From the NCBI GenBank assembly GCA_963702425.1, contig CAVPCQ010000006.1:192001-256000 (forward strand): DNA of 64,000 nucleotides, written 5' to 3'. Below the pieces are notes generated by a model. The model searched no databases, was not told the DNA's origin, and saw only the letters and a list, made by a program, of their open reading frames with translations. Origin of the DNA: an uncultured Acidobacteriota bacterium (lineage in GTDB: Bacteria; Acidobacteriota; Polarisedimenticolia; J045). The translations under genes were made by a program, and so were the position numbers. Shown piece by piece: positions 22,261 to 30,691 of this stretch (position 1 is its first letter; every line of letters starts with the position of its first letter).

Positions 22261-24440
22261 GGCGTCCCCGCCTGTTTCCCTGCGACGCTGCGCTGCGTCG
22301 GGGGCTTCACGCGCGCCTCTCCGCGCCCCTCGAACGCCTGCGCCCGCCGGGCGAGCGCGCTCTCCGGGCCTGCCTTGGCGAAGACCTTGTCCGCCCGGAC
22401 CGTCTCCGTGACCTGCGGGCCGGCGATCGGCTCCGCCTTGTCGAGCGCCGCGATCGCAGCGGTCTCGTTGCCGGCTGCGGCCTCGACGCGGGCCAGCTCG
22501 ACCCAGGCCTGGGCCACTCCGGGCTGCGCTGCGAGGATCGCCTGCAGGCGCTTGCGGGCGTCGTCGTGCCGGCCACCCGCGCCCATCATCCGCGCCAATC
22601 CGAGCTGCAGCGCGAGGTTCTGCGGGTCCTTCGCGAGCGCCTCGTCGACGATCGTCGCGCCGTAGGCGAGCAGCCCGGCGCGCTCGAGGACCCGCGCCTG
22701 GTTCAGCGCGTCCTGCGCCGGGTCGCCCGTCGCGCCGACCGACTTCAGCAGCGCGGTGGCGGCCTCCCCTTCCTTCCCCTGTGCCAGCAGGATCTCCGCC
22801 GCGCGGGTGTAGGGGTAGCGGTAGGACGGGTCGAGCCGCGTGGCCTCGGCGTAGCGGGCGAGTGCGGCATCCTTCTCACCGAGGTCGACCAGCGTGTTGC
22901 CCAGCTTGGCGACGAGGCCGGCCGAGCGCTGGCGCGGCGACTCCAGCGCCTTCTCGTAGGCGACGCGCGCGCGGTAGGCGTTCTGGGTCTGCATGAAGAG
23001 GTCGCCCTGCCATTCGTACAGCTCGGGCGCGTCCTTCTCCTCGTTGATGAGGAGCTGGACCTGCTCGATCGCGGCCTCGGTGGCGCCGATCGTGGAGAGC
23101 TGCTCGGCCACGGCGACGCGCTCGCCCGGGGTGAGCCGGCCGGCCAGGAGTGGGTCGAGGAACGCGCGGGCTCCCGCGTCGTCCTCGGCCCCGGTCAGCG
23201 TGCGGGCGACGTCGATCCGGCGAGCGACCGACTCACCGGCGATCGCTTTCAGTTCCTCGAGGACCGGGGGGCGCTCCGTCGGCGGCAATAGCTGCACGAG
23301 GAGCGCGCGTGGAGCGATCGCGGCCGGTGCGAGACGCGCCGCCTCGCGCAATGCCGCGACGGCGTCTGGAAGCCGGTCCGCGGCGAGTGCCTGGTGGGCC
23401 TCCCCCATTCTGGCGAGGACCTCGGCCGGAGCGGCGTCGCCGGCGTTGGAAATCAGCGGGGGTGCCGGTTCGCCGGCAGCACGGCGCAATCCCGGCCAGC
23501 CATAGAGGCGCTGCGGGAGGTTGGTCACTGCGACCGCTTGCGACGCCCCCGTGCGCGGCGCCCTGCCGGCATCGATGCCGAGGATGTCGAGGACCGCGTC
23601 GTGCAGGCCCGCCAGCGAAGCCGGTGGGGTGACGCGCCCGGCTCCGCTGCCGAGCAGCGTCACGGTCTCGAGGGCGACGGGATCGGAGAGGGTCAGCCCG
23701 AAGCGCTGCTCCCCCTGCTCACCCAGCCCCATTCCGTACAGCGGTGCGACGACCATCGTCGTGCGCCCGGCGAGGCCGTAGGAGTCGAGCGCGTCGCGCA
23801 GCAGGCCGATCGCTTCGTTGACGTCCTTCAGCGCCGCGTCGTACGCGGCCCGGGGTTGGCCCGGATCGAAGCGCCCGGCCGGGTCGCCGAGGTGGATCCA
23901 GACGAAGAGCGGGTTCTGGTTCGGTCGCGAGCGCAGATAGGAGAGGAACTGCGAGGCGACCTGCTGGGCGGGGACGAATCCACCGCGCCAGGGCCGCATG
24001 CGGCCACTCTCGTCGGCGGCGATCGCGGTCAGCGTCGGGCTGGAGGGACTCTCGAAGACGTCGAAACCGCGCGAGAGACCGGAGAGGGTCGAGATCGAGC
24101 CCTCGCCCAGGTAGGCGCGGGTCTCGTAGCCCTCGCGCTTCAGGATCTCGGCCAGTGTCAAGGCACCGGGGGGGACGCGCGCCATATCCCCTTCCCCGGC
24201 CCAGGAAGGGGTGCCTGGCAGCGCGCCGGTCATCACCGCGGCCGCCGCTCCGGCGCTGTCGGGGACGGGGCTCAGCGACTGCCCGGCCTTCGGAGCGGCC
24301 CCGGCGCCGGCGACGATATCCGCGCCGCGGGCAGCCCCGACGGTGACGAGGAGGACCGACTCCCTGGGACGGCTGCAACCGACCGTGAGACCGGTGAAGA
24401 GGGCGAGGATGAAGAGGAGGGTCCGCGTGGCACGAGGCAT
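22257..24440 (-). CDS. Lipoprotein with degenerate sulfatase-like domain and C-terminal TPR repeats
   Basis: LTVGC lipobox; VLLVTV..ARG; TLAEILKREGYET; RGFD; FVWIHLGDP; helical TPR-like repeats in the C-terminal half. Confidence 0.75.
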   Translation of the reverse strand: MPRATRTLLFILALFTGLTVGCSRPRESVLLVTVGAARGADIVAGAGAAPKAGQSLSPVPDSAGAAAAVMTGALPGTPSWAGEGDMARVPPGALTLAEILKREGYETRAYLGEGSISTLSGLSRGFDVFESPSSPTLTAIAADESGRMRPWRGGFVPAQQVASQFLSYLRSRPNQNPLFVWIHLGDPAGRFDPGQPRAAYDAALKDVNEAIGLLRDALDSYGLAGRTTMVVAPLYGMGLGEQGEQRFGLTLSDPVALETVTLLGSGAGRVTPPASLAGLHDAVLDILGIDAGRAPRTGASQAVAVTNLPQRLYGWPGLRRAAGEPAPPLISNAGDAAPAEVLARMGEAHQALAADRLPDAVAALREAARLAPAAIAPRALLVQLLPPTERPPVLEELKAIAGESVARRIDVARTLTGAEDDAGARAFLDPLLAGRLTPGERVAVAEQLSTIGATEAAIEQVQLLINEEKDAPELYEWQGDLFMQTQNAYRARVAYEKALESPRQRSAGLVAKLGNTLVDLGEKDAALARYAEATRLDPSYRYPYTRAAEILLAQGKEGEAATALLKSVGATGDPAQDALNQARVLERAGLLAYGATIVDEALAKDPQNLALQLGLARMMGAGGRHDDARKRLQAILAAQPGVAQAWVELARVEAAAGNETAAIAALDKAEPIAGPQVTETVRADKVFAKAGPESALARRAQAFEGRGEARVKPPTQRSVAGKQAGTP

Positions 24441-24477
24441 CTTGGGGGTGTCCGAGCTCCGTTTGGAGGCCGGTAGC

Positions 24478-27282
24478 TTAGCGTCCCTTGACCGGCGGCG
24501 CCCCCGCCCCTTCCGCCCCGGTGAGGTCCATCAGCCAGATGTCGGCCTCGTTCTCGACGACGGTGGTGAAGGCGTCCCCCGTCTTGCGATCGATCGACAG
24601 GGCGGCAGAGAACTTGCGCGGTGCGACGTTGGCCAGGACGCGGGTCTTGCCGGTCGCCGGGTCGAGGGCCTTCAACTCCGAGCCGTCCGTCACCCACAGT
24701 TCGCCGGATCCGGTCCAGGCACCGCCCTGGGCTTTGCTGGGCAGCTCCGTCTCGTGGCCCGTCCGGAGGTCGAGCAGGCTGGCGTAGCGATCGCGGCCCA
24801 CGAGCAGGAGCCTTCGACCGTCGGGGGACCACGCGTGCGGGACCGCGACTGGGTCTTTCAGGCTACTCGTTGCGAGCAAGATGCGCGGCGCACGGGGCGC
24901 CGGCGCGGAGGGGGCGATTTCGAGGATCCCCTGTCCTCTCACCCCGTACGCCAGCCGGCTCCCGTCCGGCGACCAGACGGGCGACAGGGCGCTCCCCTCC
25001 ACCGTCTCGGTCAGCCGCTCGGCCCCCGTGCCATCGGGACGCATCCGCCAGAGCTCGAAATTCCCGGTTCGGTCGGAGGCGAACGCGATCCACTGAGCGT
25101 CGGGCGACCAGCGCGGGGTGCGCTCCTCGTACGTGTCCTGGGTCAGGTTCCGGCGGTCGCTGTTGTCGGTGCGGACGAGGACCAGGTCGGAGGGGCCATC
25201 CTGGACCGAGAGCGCGAGCCAACTGCCATCGGGGGAGAGGTCGGGGGAGGATTCGACGCGAGTGTCGCCGGTTACGGCACGCGGACTGCTCAACTCACTC
25301 GACCCGGATGACACTCGGTACGCCCCCTCACCCCGTTTCCAGCTAACAAGTGCGAGGTGCTGTCCATCCTTCGAGATCGACGGATTCTGTTGCGCCTCCG
25401 CGAGGGAGCGAACCACCGGGAGTTGCTCCCTGCCGCAAGTACCGCTTCGCTCGTCGATCGCGATCGCGCGAATATCGCTCGCTCCGCTGAGTCGACTTGT
25501 CACGACAAGGCTCTTTCCTGAGCGCGACCACACGGGATCCTTCAGAAGGCCTTCGATCTCGGCGCAGAGCACAACGTCATCGCCGTTCGCGCTGGAGGTC
25601 CACAGTCCCATAACCCCTTCTTGCCGACCAACGAAGGCAATTCGCGTCCCTGCGGGTGACCATGCAGGCTGCACTGCGTCCGTCGCTACTAGGCGCGATG
25701 ATCCTCGAGAGGCGACATGGACGGTCCAGATCTCGCTATTGAAGTTCCGTGGCGAGCGCCCAACCCCGAATACTTGCTCTGTAGAGACTGCTACCGACTC
25801 TCCATCAGATGACCAGTTCGGGTGATACCCAAAGTCGAGGAGCTTCTGGACCTGCCGCGTTGCAAGATCGATCATGAAAATTCCGCCCCCTTCTCGCTCC
25901 GAGCGGAACGCGATCATCCGCCCGTCCGGAGAGAAGGCCGGTTGAGCGTCCGCAAATGTCGAATCTTCGGTGAGATTCTCTGGGCGCTGTTCTCCCGTCC
26001 GATCTAGGTAGATATCCCAGTCGCCGTCGATTTCGCTGGCGTACGCGATCCAGGTGCTGTCTGAGGACAAGGACGGCGAGACTTCGATACCCGGAGTTGC
26101 GGTAATCCGAGTTAGCGGTCGCAAACCGATCCTTTCGAACTCCACACTTGCTTGACTGCCAGACAGAATCCATGGAAAGAACAACGCAAGTGCCCCGACG
26201 AAGCCTGAGAGCGTCATAGCAATGAAAGACGCCGCAGCGATCCTTCTCCGCTTACGGGACGACGCACGTCGCTCCGCGCTAGTCCGTCGCCCCTCGAGAA
26301 AGTCTCCCAGATCGTCAGCGAAAGCTCGTGCACTCGTGTACCTATCTGCGGGAGACCTAGCTAAAGCACGATCACACACCGCAGCCAGGGCTGGCGGCAC
26401 CTCCGGTCGCACCTCCCGGAGACTCCGCGGAGATTCTGTAAGTAATCGCGAAAGGACCGCAGAAGGGAGATTGCCTTCGTACGGAGGTCGCCCGGCCAGC
26501 ATGGCGTATAGCACGGCTCCGAGGCTGTAGACATCGTGCTCAGGCCTCGGATCGTCTCCGCGGGCTTGCTCGGGCGACATGAACGCAGGTGTTCCCAAGA
26601 TGGTCGCGCTAAGCGTCAGCTTTGTGGCCGACTCGTCGTAAACGAGTCCGAAGTCGGAGAGCTTTGGAAGCTCATTTGCGTCCAGGAGGATGTTGGAAGG
26701 CTTCACGTCCCTATGGATGAACCCAGCATCGTGCGCCGCTTGCAACGCGTTGGCCACGGCGCCGATGATCATCACCGCCCGTTGAGACTCGATCGGCCCC
26801 TGCTCGAGCAGAGCCTCGATCGAGGGGCCATCCACCAGATCCATCGCGATAAACTGCCAACCGTCTCTCTCGCCACTCGCGTGTACGGTAACAATGTTCG
26901 GGTGCTTTAGTCGCGCCGCTGCGCGGGCCTCGCGGACAAACCGCTCGGATTGAATGTCGTGAAGTGCAGCAGCCGTCGAGAGCACCTTGAGGGCGACTCG
27001 GCGGCCAAGCGGTTGTTGGATCGCCTCGTAGACGATCCCCATGCCTCCGCGACCGATCTCCCGGACCACTTCGAATTCCCCGACTCGCTCTGGCATGGAA
27101 GACGTTCGGTCTGGTGTGACAGTGTGACTAGCCAGGACACCTTTCTTAGTTAGGAAGTCGGACAAGGACAGATGGGGGGCCTCTTGGGAGCGTTTCGCCT
27201 CGGCGGCGGCGATCTCCTGCGGCGAGAGGAGTCCCCGCTGCACAAGCAGTTCACCCAGGAGCTTGTCCTCGCGGGAGAGCAC
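24478..27282 (-). CDS. Membrane Ser/Thr protein kinase (Hanks type) with C-terminal PD40/TolB-like beta-propellers
   Basis: IGRGGMGIVY, VALKVL, IHRDVKPSNILL, DFGL, GTPAFMSPEQ, DVYSLG; one TM segment; repeated (W/F)SPDG motifs; GTG start estimated. Confidence 0.93.
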   Translation of the reverse strand: MLSREDKLLGELLVQRGLLSPQEIAAAEAKRSQEAPHLSLSDFLTKKGVLASHTVTPDRTSSMPERVGEFEVVREIGRGGMGIVYEAIQQPLGRRVALKVLSTAAALHDIQSERFVREARAAARLKHPNIVTVHASGERDGWQFIAMDLVDGPSIEALLEQGPIESQRAVMIIGAVANALQAAHDAGFIHRDVKPSNILLDANELPKLSDFGLVYDESATKLTLSATILGTPAFMSPEQARGDDPRPEHDVYSLGAVLYAMLAGRPPYEGNLPSAVLSRLLTESPRSLREVRPEVPPALAAVCDRALARSPADRYTSARAFADDLGDFLEGRRTSAERRASSRKRRRIAAASFIAMTLSGFVGALALFFPWILSGSQASVEFERIGLRPLTRITATPGIEVSPSLSSDSTWIAYASEIDGDWDIYLDRTGEQRPENLTEDSTFADAQPAFSPDGRMIAFRSEREGGGIFMIDLATRQVQKLLDFGYHPNWSSDGESVAVSTEQVFGVGRSPRNFNSEIWTVHVASRGSSRLVATDAVQPAWSPAGTRIAFVGRQEGVMGLWTSSANGDDVVLCAEIEGLLKDPVWSRSGKSLVVTSRLSGASDIRAIAIDERSGTCGREQLPVVRSLAEAQQNPSISKDGQHLALVSWKRGEGAYRVSSGSSELSSPRAVTGDTRVESSPDLSPDGSWLALSVQDGPSDLVLVRTDNSDRRNLTQDTYEERTPRWSPDAQWIAFASDRTGNFELWRMRPDGTGAERLTETVEGSALSPVWSPDGSRLAYGVRGQGILEIAPSAPAPRAPRILLATSSLKDPVAVPHAWSPDGRRLLLVGRDRYASLLDLRTGHETELPSKAQGGAWTGSGELWVTDGSELKALDPATGKTRVLANVAPRKFSAALSIDRKTGDAFTTVVENEADIWLMDLTGAEGAGAPPVKGR

Positions 27283-27320
27283 CTGCTGAGGATACGGAGA
27301 TCGGGGTGAATGGTACAGAC

Positions 27321-27352
27321 AAAAGAAGGGGGCCGGTGTACCGGCCCCCTTC
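27321..27352 (-). terminator. Rho-independent terminator after the secreted-protein genes
   Basis: GAAGGGGGCCGGT-AC-ACCGGCCCCCTTC hairpin followed by TTTT on the minus strand, about 20 nt after the stop at 27374. Confidence 0.85.
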
Positions 27353-27373
27353 CCAGGAACTTGCAAGCTCTGG

Positions 27374-28633
27374 CTAGCGCTGCGGCTTGGCCGTGCGCTG
27401 CTTGATGATGGCACTACGGTCCGGACCCGGCAGCTGCGCCTTTGTCGGACCATACTCGACGGCGTTGTCGTCGATGTCGATCGTCTCGACCTTATACCAG
27501 AGCCCTGTGGCCTTCACAGCGCCGGCAGGCACCTGGACGGCATCAATGAAGCTGTAGGCCGAGGCCTCGCCCTTGGCGGCGATCAGCTCGGATACACGCG
27601 AGAACGGACCGTTCTGCGTAGTGGCGCGGCTAACGTAGAAGCCCCGGACACCATCCTCAAGAGAGGTCTTCCAGGAGACCTCGACGTTCGTCTTGCCCGC
27701 GTACTTCGCGGCGAGCTCGTAGACGCTGGCAGAAAGGCCGCCGCCAAGGAAGCACTGACCATTGGCGGACAGGAACCGCGTCGACACGGTGTTCCCGCCT
27801 GCGGCGGGGAACCGGACCTTGAGAGCGAATGTGAACGCCGCGCCAGACCCCGGAACCTCTCCAGCATCGATCGTGGCCGACGTCCCATTCACCAGGCGAA
27901 CGAATGCAAACTGGCCTGCGGTCGCCGCTGTGGCGCAATTCGCGGCGCGTGCACCCCAAACTTCGTAGCCGACCGGCGCGACACCAGCAGCCTCGCCGAC
28001 CGACGAGATGGCCCCCCAGGAAAGATTGAACGCCGTCTGGGTGCTTCCAGGAGCCGCCTTGGGCACCGGAATCGGGCTCAGGCCACCCAGACTCGGAATA
28101 CCAGGCCCGCCGGAGCTCGCGGGCACACCACTTGCCTCAGACCGGGCGTTGCTGGCAGTCGCGACGCCGAGGCAATCGGTCCCGTTGGAACCGGTGCAGG
28201 TCGCTTCATTCCACAAACTCGTCGAGTTGATCGTGACGGCGCCGCGAACCCATCCGTAGAAACCCTGGTGGTTGCCAGCGCCCGTGTTCCTCTCATAGTC
28301 AAACACAGAGTTGAAAACGGTTCCGTCACCAACGCCAAAGTTGAAGATGTCCTCGCTGTACCCACGGTAACCGCTCAGACCCTTGGCATTGAAGATGAGT
28401 TGGCAGGAGGGCTGTCCAGCGATGAGCTGATCACAGGGCTTGGTCGGGCACGCGCCCTCGCAACCCGGATTAATCGTCGTCTTGCTTTCGGTGTAGTAGC
28501 GCTGGAAAACTGCATTCCCGGTCGGGACCTGAAGCACCGAAGCCTCGAACGGGTATGCCTGCGCGTTCGCGACAGTCGGGGCCATGACCGCGACAGCCGC
28601 GAGAACGAGGCTAAGAATCACGAGCTTACGCAT
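27374..28633 (-). CDS. Secreted Cys-containing surface protein with a C-terminal Ig/FN3-like WxTxxE domain
   Basis: GGAGG SD; signal peptide MRKLVILSLVLAAVAVMAPTVANA; C-terminal domain GLSASVYEL...VEVSWKTSLEDGVRGFYVSRA...YSFID...WYKVETIDIDD. Confidence 0.8.
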   Translation of the reverse strand: MRKLVILSLVLAAVAVMAPTVANAQAYPFEASVLQVPTGNAVFQRYYTESKTTINPGCEGACPTKPCDQLIAGQPSCQLIFNAKGLSGYRGYSEDIFNFGVGDGTVFNSVFDYERNTGAGNHQGFYGWVRGAVTINSTSLWNEATCTGSNGTDCLGVATASNARSEASGVPASSGGPGIPSLGGLSPIPVPKAAPGSTQTAFNLSWGAISSVGEAAGVAPVGYEVWGARAANCATAATAGQFAFVRLVNGTSATIDAGEVPGSGAAFTFALKVRFPAAGGNTVSTRFLSANGQCFLGGGLSASVYELAAKYAGKTNVEVSWKTSLEDGVRGFYVSRATTQNGPFSRVSELIAAKGEASAYSFIDAVQVPAGAVKATGLWYKVETIDIDDNAVEYGPTKAQLPGPDRSAIIKQRTAKPQR

Positions 28634-28677
28634 CTTTCTACCTCCGTGGAGAATCCCTCGTTTTTTGTGGCTGCTAC

Positions 28678-29319
28678 TCAGTAGTGCGGCCAGACATAGC
28701 CGGACTTCGTCTGCGCCGGGAAGATCACCACGCCCATCCCGAGGTCCAGGTTGAAGTTGTTCACCGGCGCCGCGCCGCTGAACCAATTAAGAAGTGTGGA
28801 ATTGCCCTGGAACTTCGAAATGCGGTTGATCGAACCCGCTCCGAGTTTGGTGTTCAGGTCGTTATAGAGCTGGTTCGCCTTGGTGAAAGTCTGGTGGTAC
28901 GGCGCAGCGGCGTTGAACGCCTGATTCGCAGTGAAGCTAAAGGTGAAGTTCGGATCGTGAGAACCGACCACAACCGCGGCGGAAACTGGGCCAGACGCAG
29001 CTGCAAACACAACGTAAGACTCACCCTTTACAACATTGAAGTTGTTGGTCGGCGCGGCTCCCGAGAACCAGTTCAGGAGCGTCGAATTTGCCTGGAACTT
29101 CGAGAGCCGGTTCACGTCCGCATCCTGTCCATCGAGGTCATTGAACAGCTGATTCGCTTTCGTGAAGTTGTTGTTCCACGGCACAGACAGGTTGAACGCC
29201 TGGTTCGCCGTGACGTTCGGCACGAACTTGAAGCCCATGTTCGATGCCGTTGCGAAACCGCCGACAAGGAGGGCAACGCCGGCCAGCCCCGCGAGGATTC
29301 CCTTCAGGTACCGATTCAT
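28678..29319 (-). CDS. Secreted protein with two internal ~75-aa repeats (A-SNMGFK...PHY type)
   Basis: GAGGAGG SD; signal peptide; repeats TANQAFN...FTKANQL(F/Y)NDL...(L/I)SKFQ(A/G)NSTLLNWFSGAAP(T/V)NNFN. Confidence 0.85.
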   Translation of the reverse strand: MNRYLKGILAGLAGVALLVGGFATASNMGFKFVPNVTANQAFNLSVPWNNNFTKANQLFNDLDGQDADVNRLSKFQANSTLLNWFSGAAPTNNFNVVKGESYVVFAAASGPVSAAVVVGSHDPNFTFSFTANQAFNAAAPYHQTFTKANQLYNDLNTKLGAGSINRISKFQGNSTLLNWFSGAAPVNNFNLDLGMGVVIFPAQTKSGYVWPHY

Positions 29320-29538
29320 CCAAACCTCCTCACGCTATTGGACTTCACCTCGGAGCCCGTCGCTCCCACCCGGCCACCCGCCGCCCGGAACTCGGCAAGG
29401 CTGCCCGGCCGGGCAGATGGAGCGCGGGTCTCCGCGGCTACGTCCGGGTACAGGTACGGTGTGTCCTGCCCGCCGGCAACGGGTTTCCGGATGCTCCGTG
29501 CCGGCGGGAGGTTATCGTCATGTAAGTCTGCTGCTCCT

Positions 29539-30024
29539 TCAGTCGACCCGGTAGAAGACTACGGTCCCGGGCCGGATATCGTCCTGCCGGTCCACGAACT
29601 GGCGGCCTGCCGCCGCGTGGACCCGCGCGTCATGCCCATTGGTCGGGCTGCTCGATGAAACCACCTTCTGGATCGGCGTCCCGTCCTGGTAACGGATGAC
29701 CACCGTCCCGTCGGCCGAGCGGGCGACCTGGAGCGGCGTTCCATCCTGTTCGGCCATCATCGGGACGCGCAGGCCGACCAAGCCCGCCACGCTGGTCACG
29801 GCCAGGAGGACGGTCGCCGCAAGTCCGGCGGCCAGCGACATGGCGTGCCCCCGCCAGCCGGTGGCCGGGGCGGACGCGGCACGGATCCGGTTGCGGAGGC
29901 GGGCTACCTCGAACTCGTTGACGGCCGGGGCCGTGGCGCGGACCTTCCCCGCCATCGCCTGCCAGCCGGGTTCGCTCTCGAAGGTCATCGTCGGTTGCTC
30001 CGGGGGCTCGGGATCGCCCCTCAC
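29539..30024 (-). CDS. Small single-TM protein, putative anti-sigma factor
   Basis: Directly downstream of the ECF sigma gene; one hydrophobic segment then a short beta-rich C-domain; start uncertain. Confidence 0.55.
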   Translation of the reverse strand: MRGDPEPPEQPTMTFESEPGWQAMAGKVRATAPAVNEFEVARLRNRIRAASAPATGWRGHAMSLAAGLAATVLLAVTSVAGLVGLRVPMMAEQDGTPLQVARSADGTVVIRYQDGTPIQKVVSSSSPTNGHDARVHAAAGRQFVDRQDDIRPGTVVFYRVD

Positions 30025-30069
30025 CCGGTCATACCCGGGTCCGGGGCGGGGCGTTCATCCCCGGGACGA

Positions 30070-30654
30070 CTATTTTTCGGGGCCCAGGAGTTCCGGCCGG
30101 TGGGACCGGAACCAGTCCATGACCTTCCGCCGGGCGTCCGACGACTGGCGGCGGACGGTGACGTCGGCCACCTGGAAGACCTCCGCGATCACGGCGACCT
30201 CCAGACCCTCCACGTCCCGGAGCAGGAAGACCTCCCGCTCCCGCTCGCTGAGGACCCGGGAAGCCTCCGTCAGCGCGACCCGGAACTGCGCCTCCTCGAC
30301 GGCCCGCCCCTGGTCCGGGGCCGCGGACAGCTCCGCCCCGGCCGCCTCGAGCCCGTCCTCCCGCCGCCGCGGCGACCGGGAGCGGGCCGACTTCGCCGCG
30401 TTGAGGGTCAGCCGCACCAGCCAGGCTTCGAGCGGCCGCTCCGGGTCGACCCGCCCGATCGTCCGGATCAGCCGGACGAAGACCTCCTGAGCGACGTCCT
30501 CCGCGTCCTCCCGGTGGCGGGTCACCCCGCGGGCGACGGAGAGCACGCGCCGGCCGTGGCGCGTGACGAGCTGGTCGAGCGCGTCGCGGTCGCCGGCCTG
30601 TGCGGCGCGGACCAGCTCGGCGTCGGACGGCTCCGGGTGACGAGGGGAGTCCAT
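30070..30654 (-). CDS. ECF sigma-70 factor
   Basis: SDAELVRAAQAGDRDALDQLV, DAEDVAQEVFVR, WLVRLTLN, LSEREREVFLLRDVEGL...IAE (regions 2 and 4). Confidence 0.92.
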   Translation of the reverse strand: MDSPRHPEPSDAELVRAAQAGDRDALDQLVTRHGRRVLSVARGVTRHREDAEDVAQEVFVRLIRTIGRVDPERPLEAWLVRLTLNAAKSARSRSPRRREDGLEAAGAELSAAPDQGRAVEEAQFRVALTEASRVLSEREREVFLLRDVEGLEVAVIAEVFQVADVTVRRQSSDARRKVMDWFRSHRPELLGPEK

Positions 30655-30691
30655 GAGAGCGCGACGGTATACTCGCACGCCCGGAGCCCGC

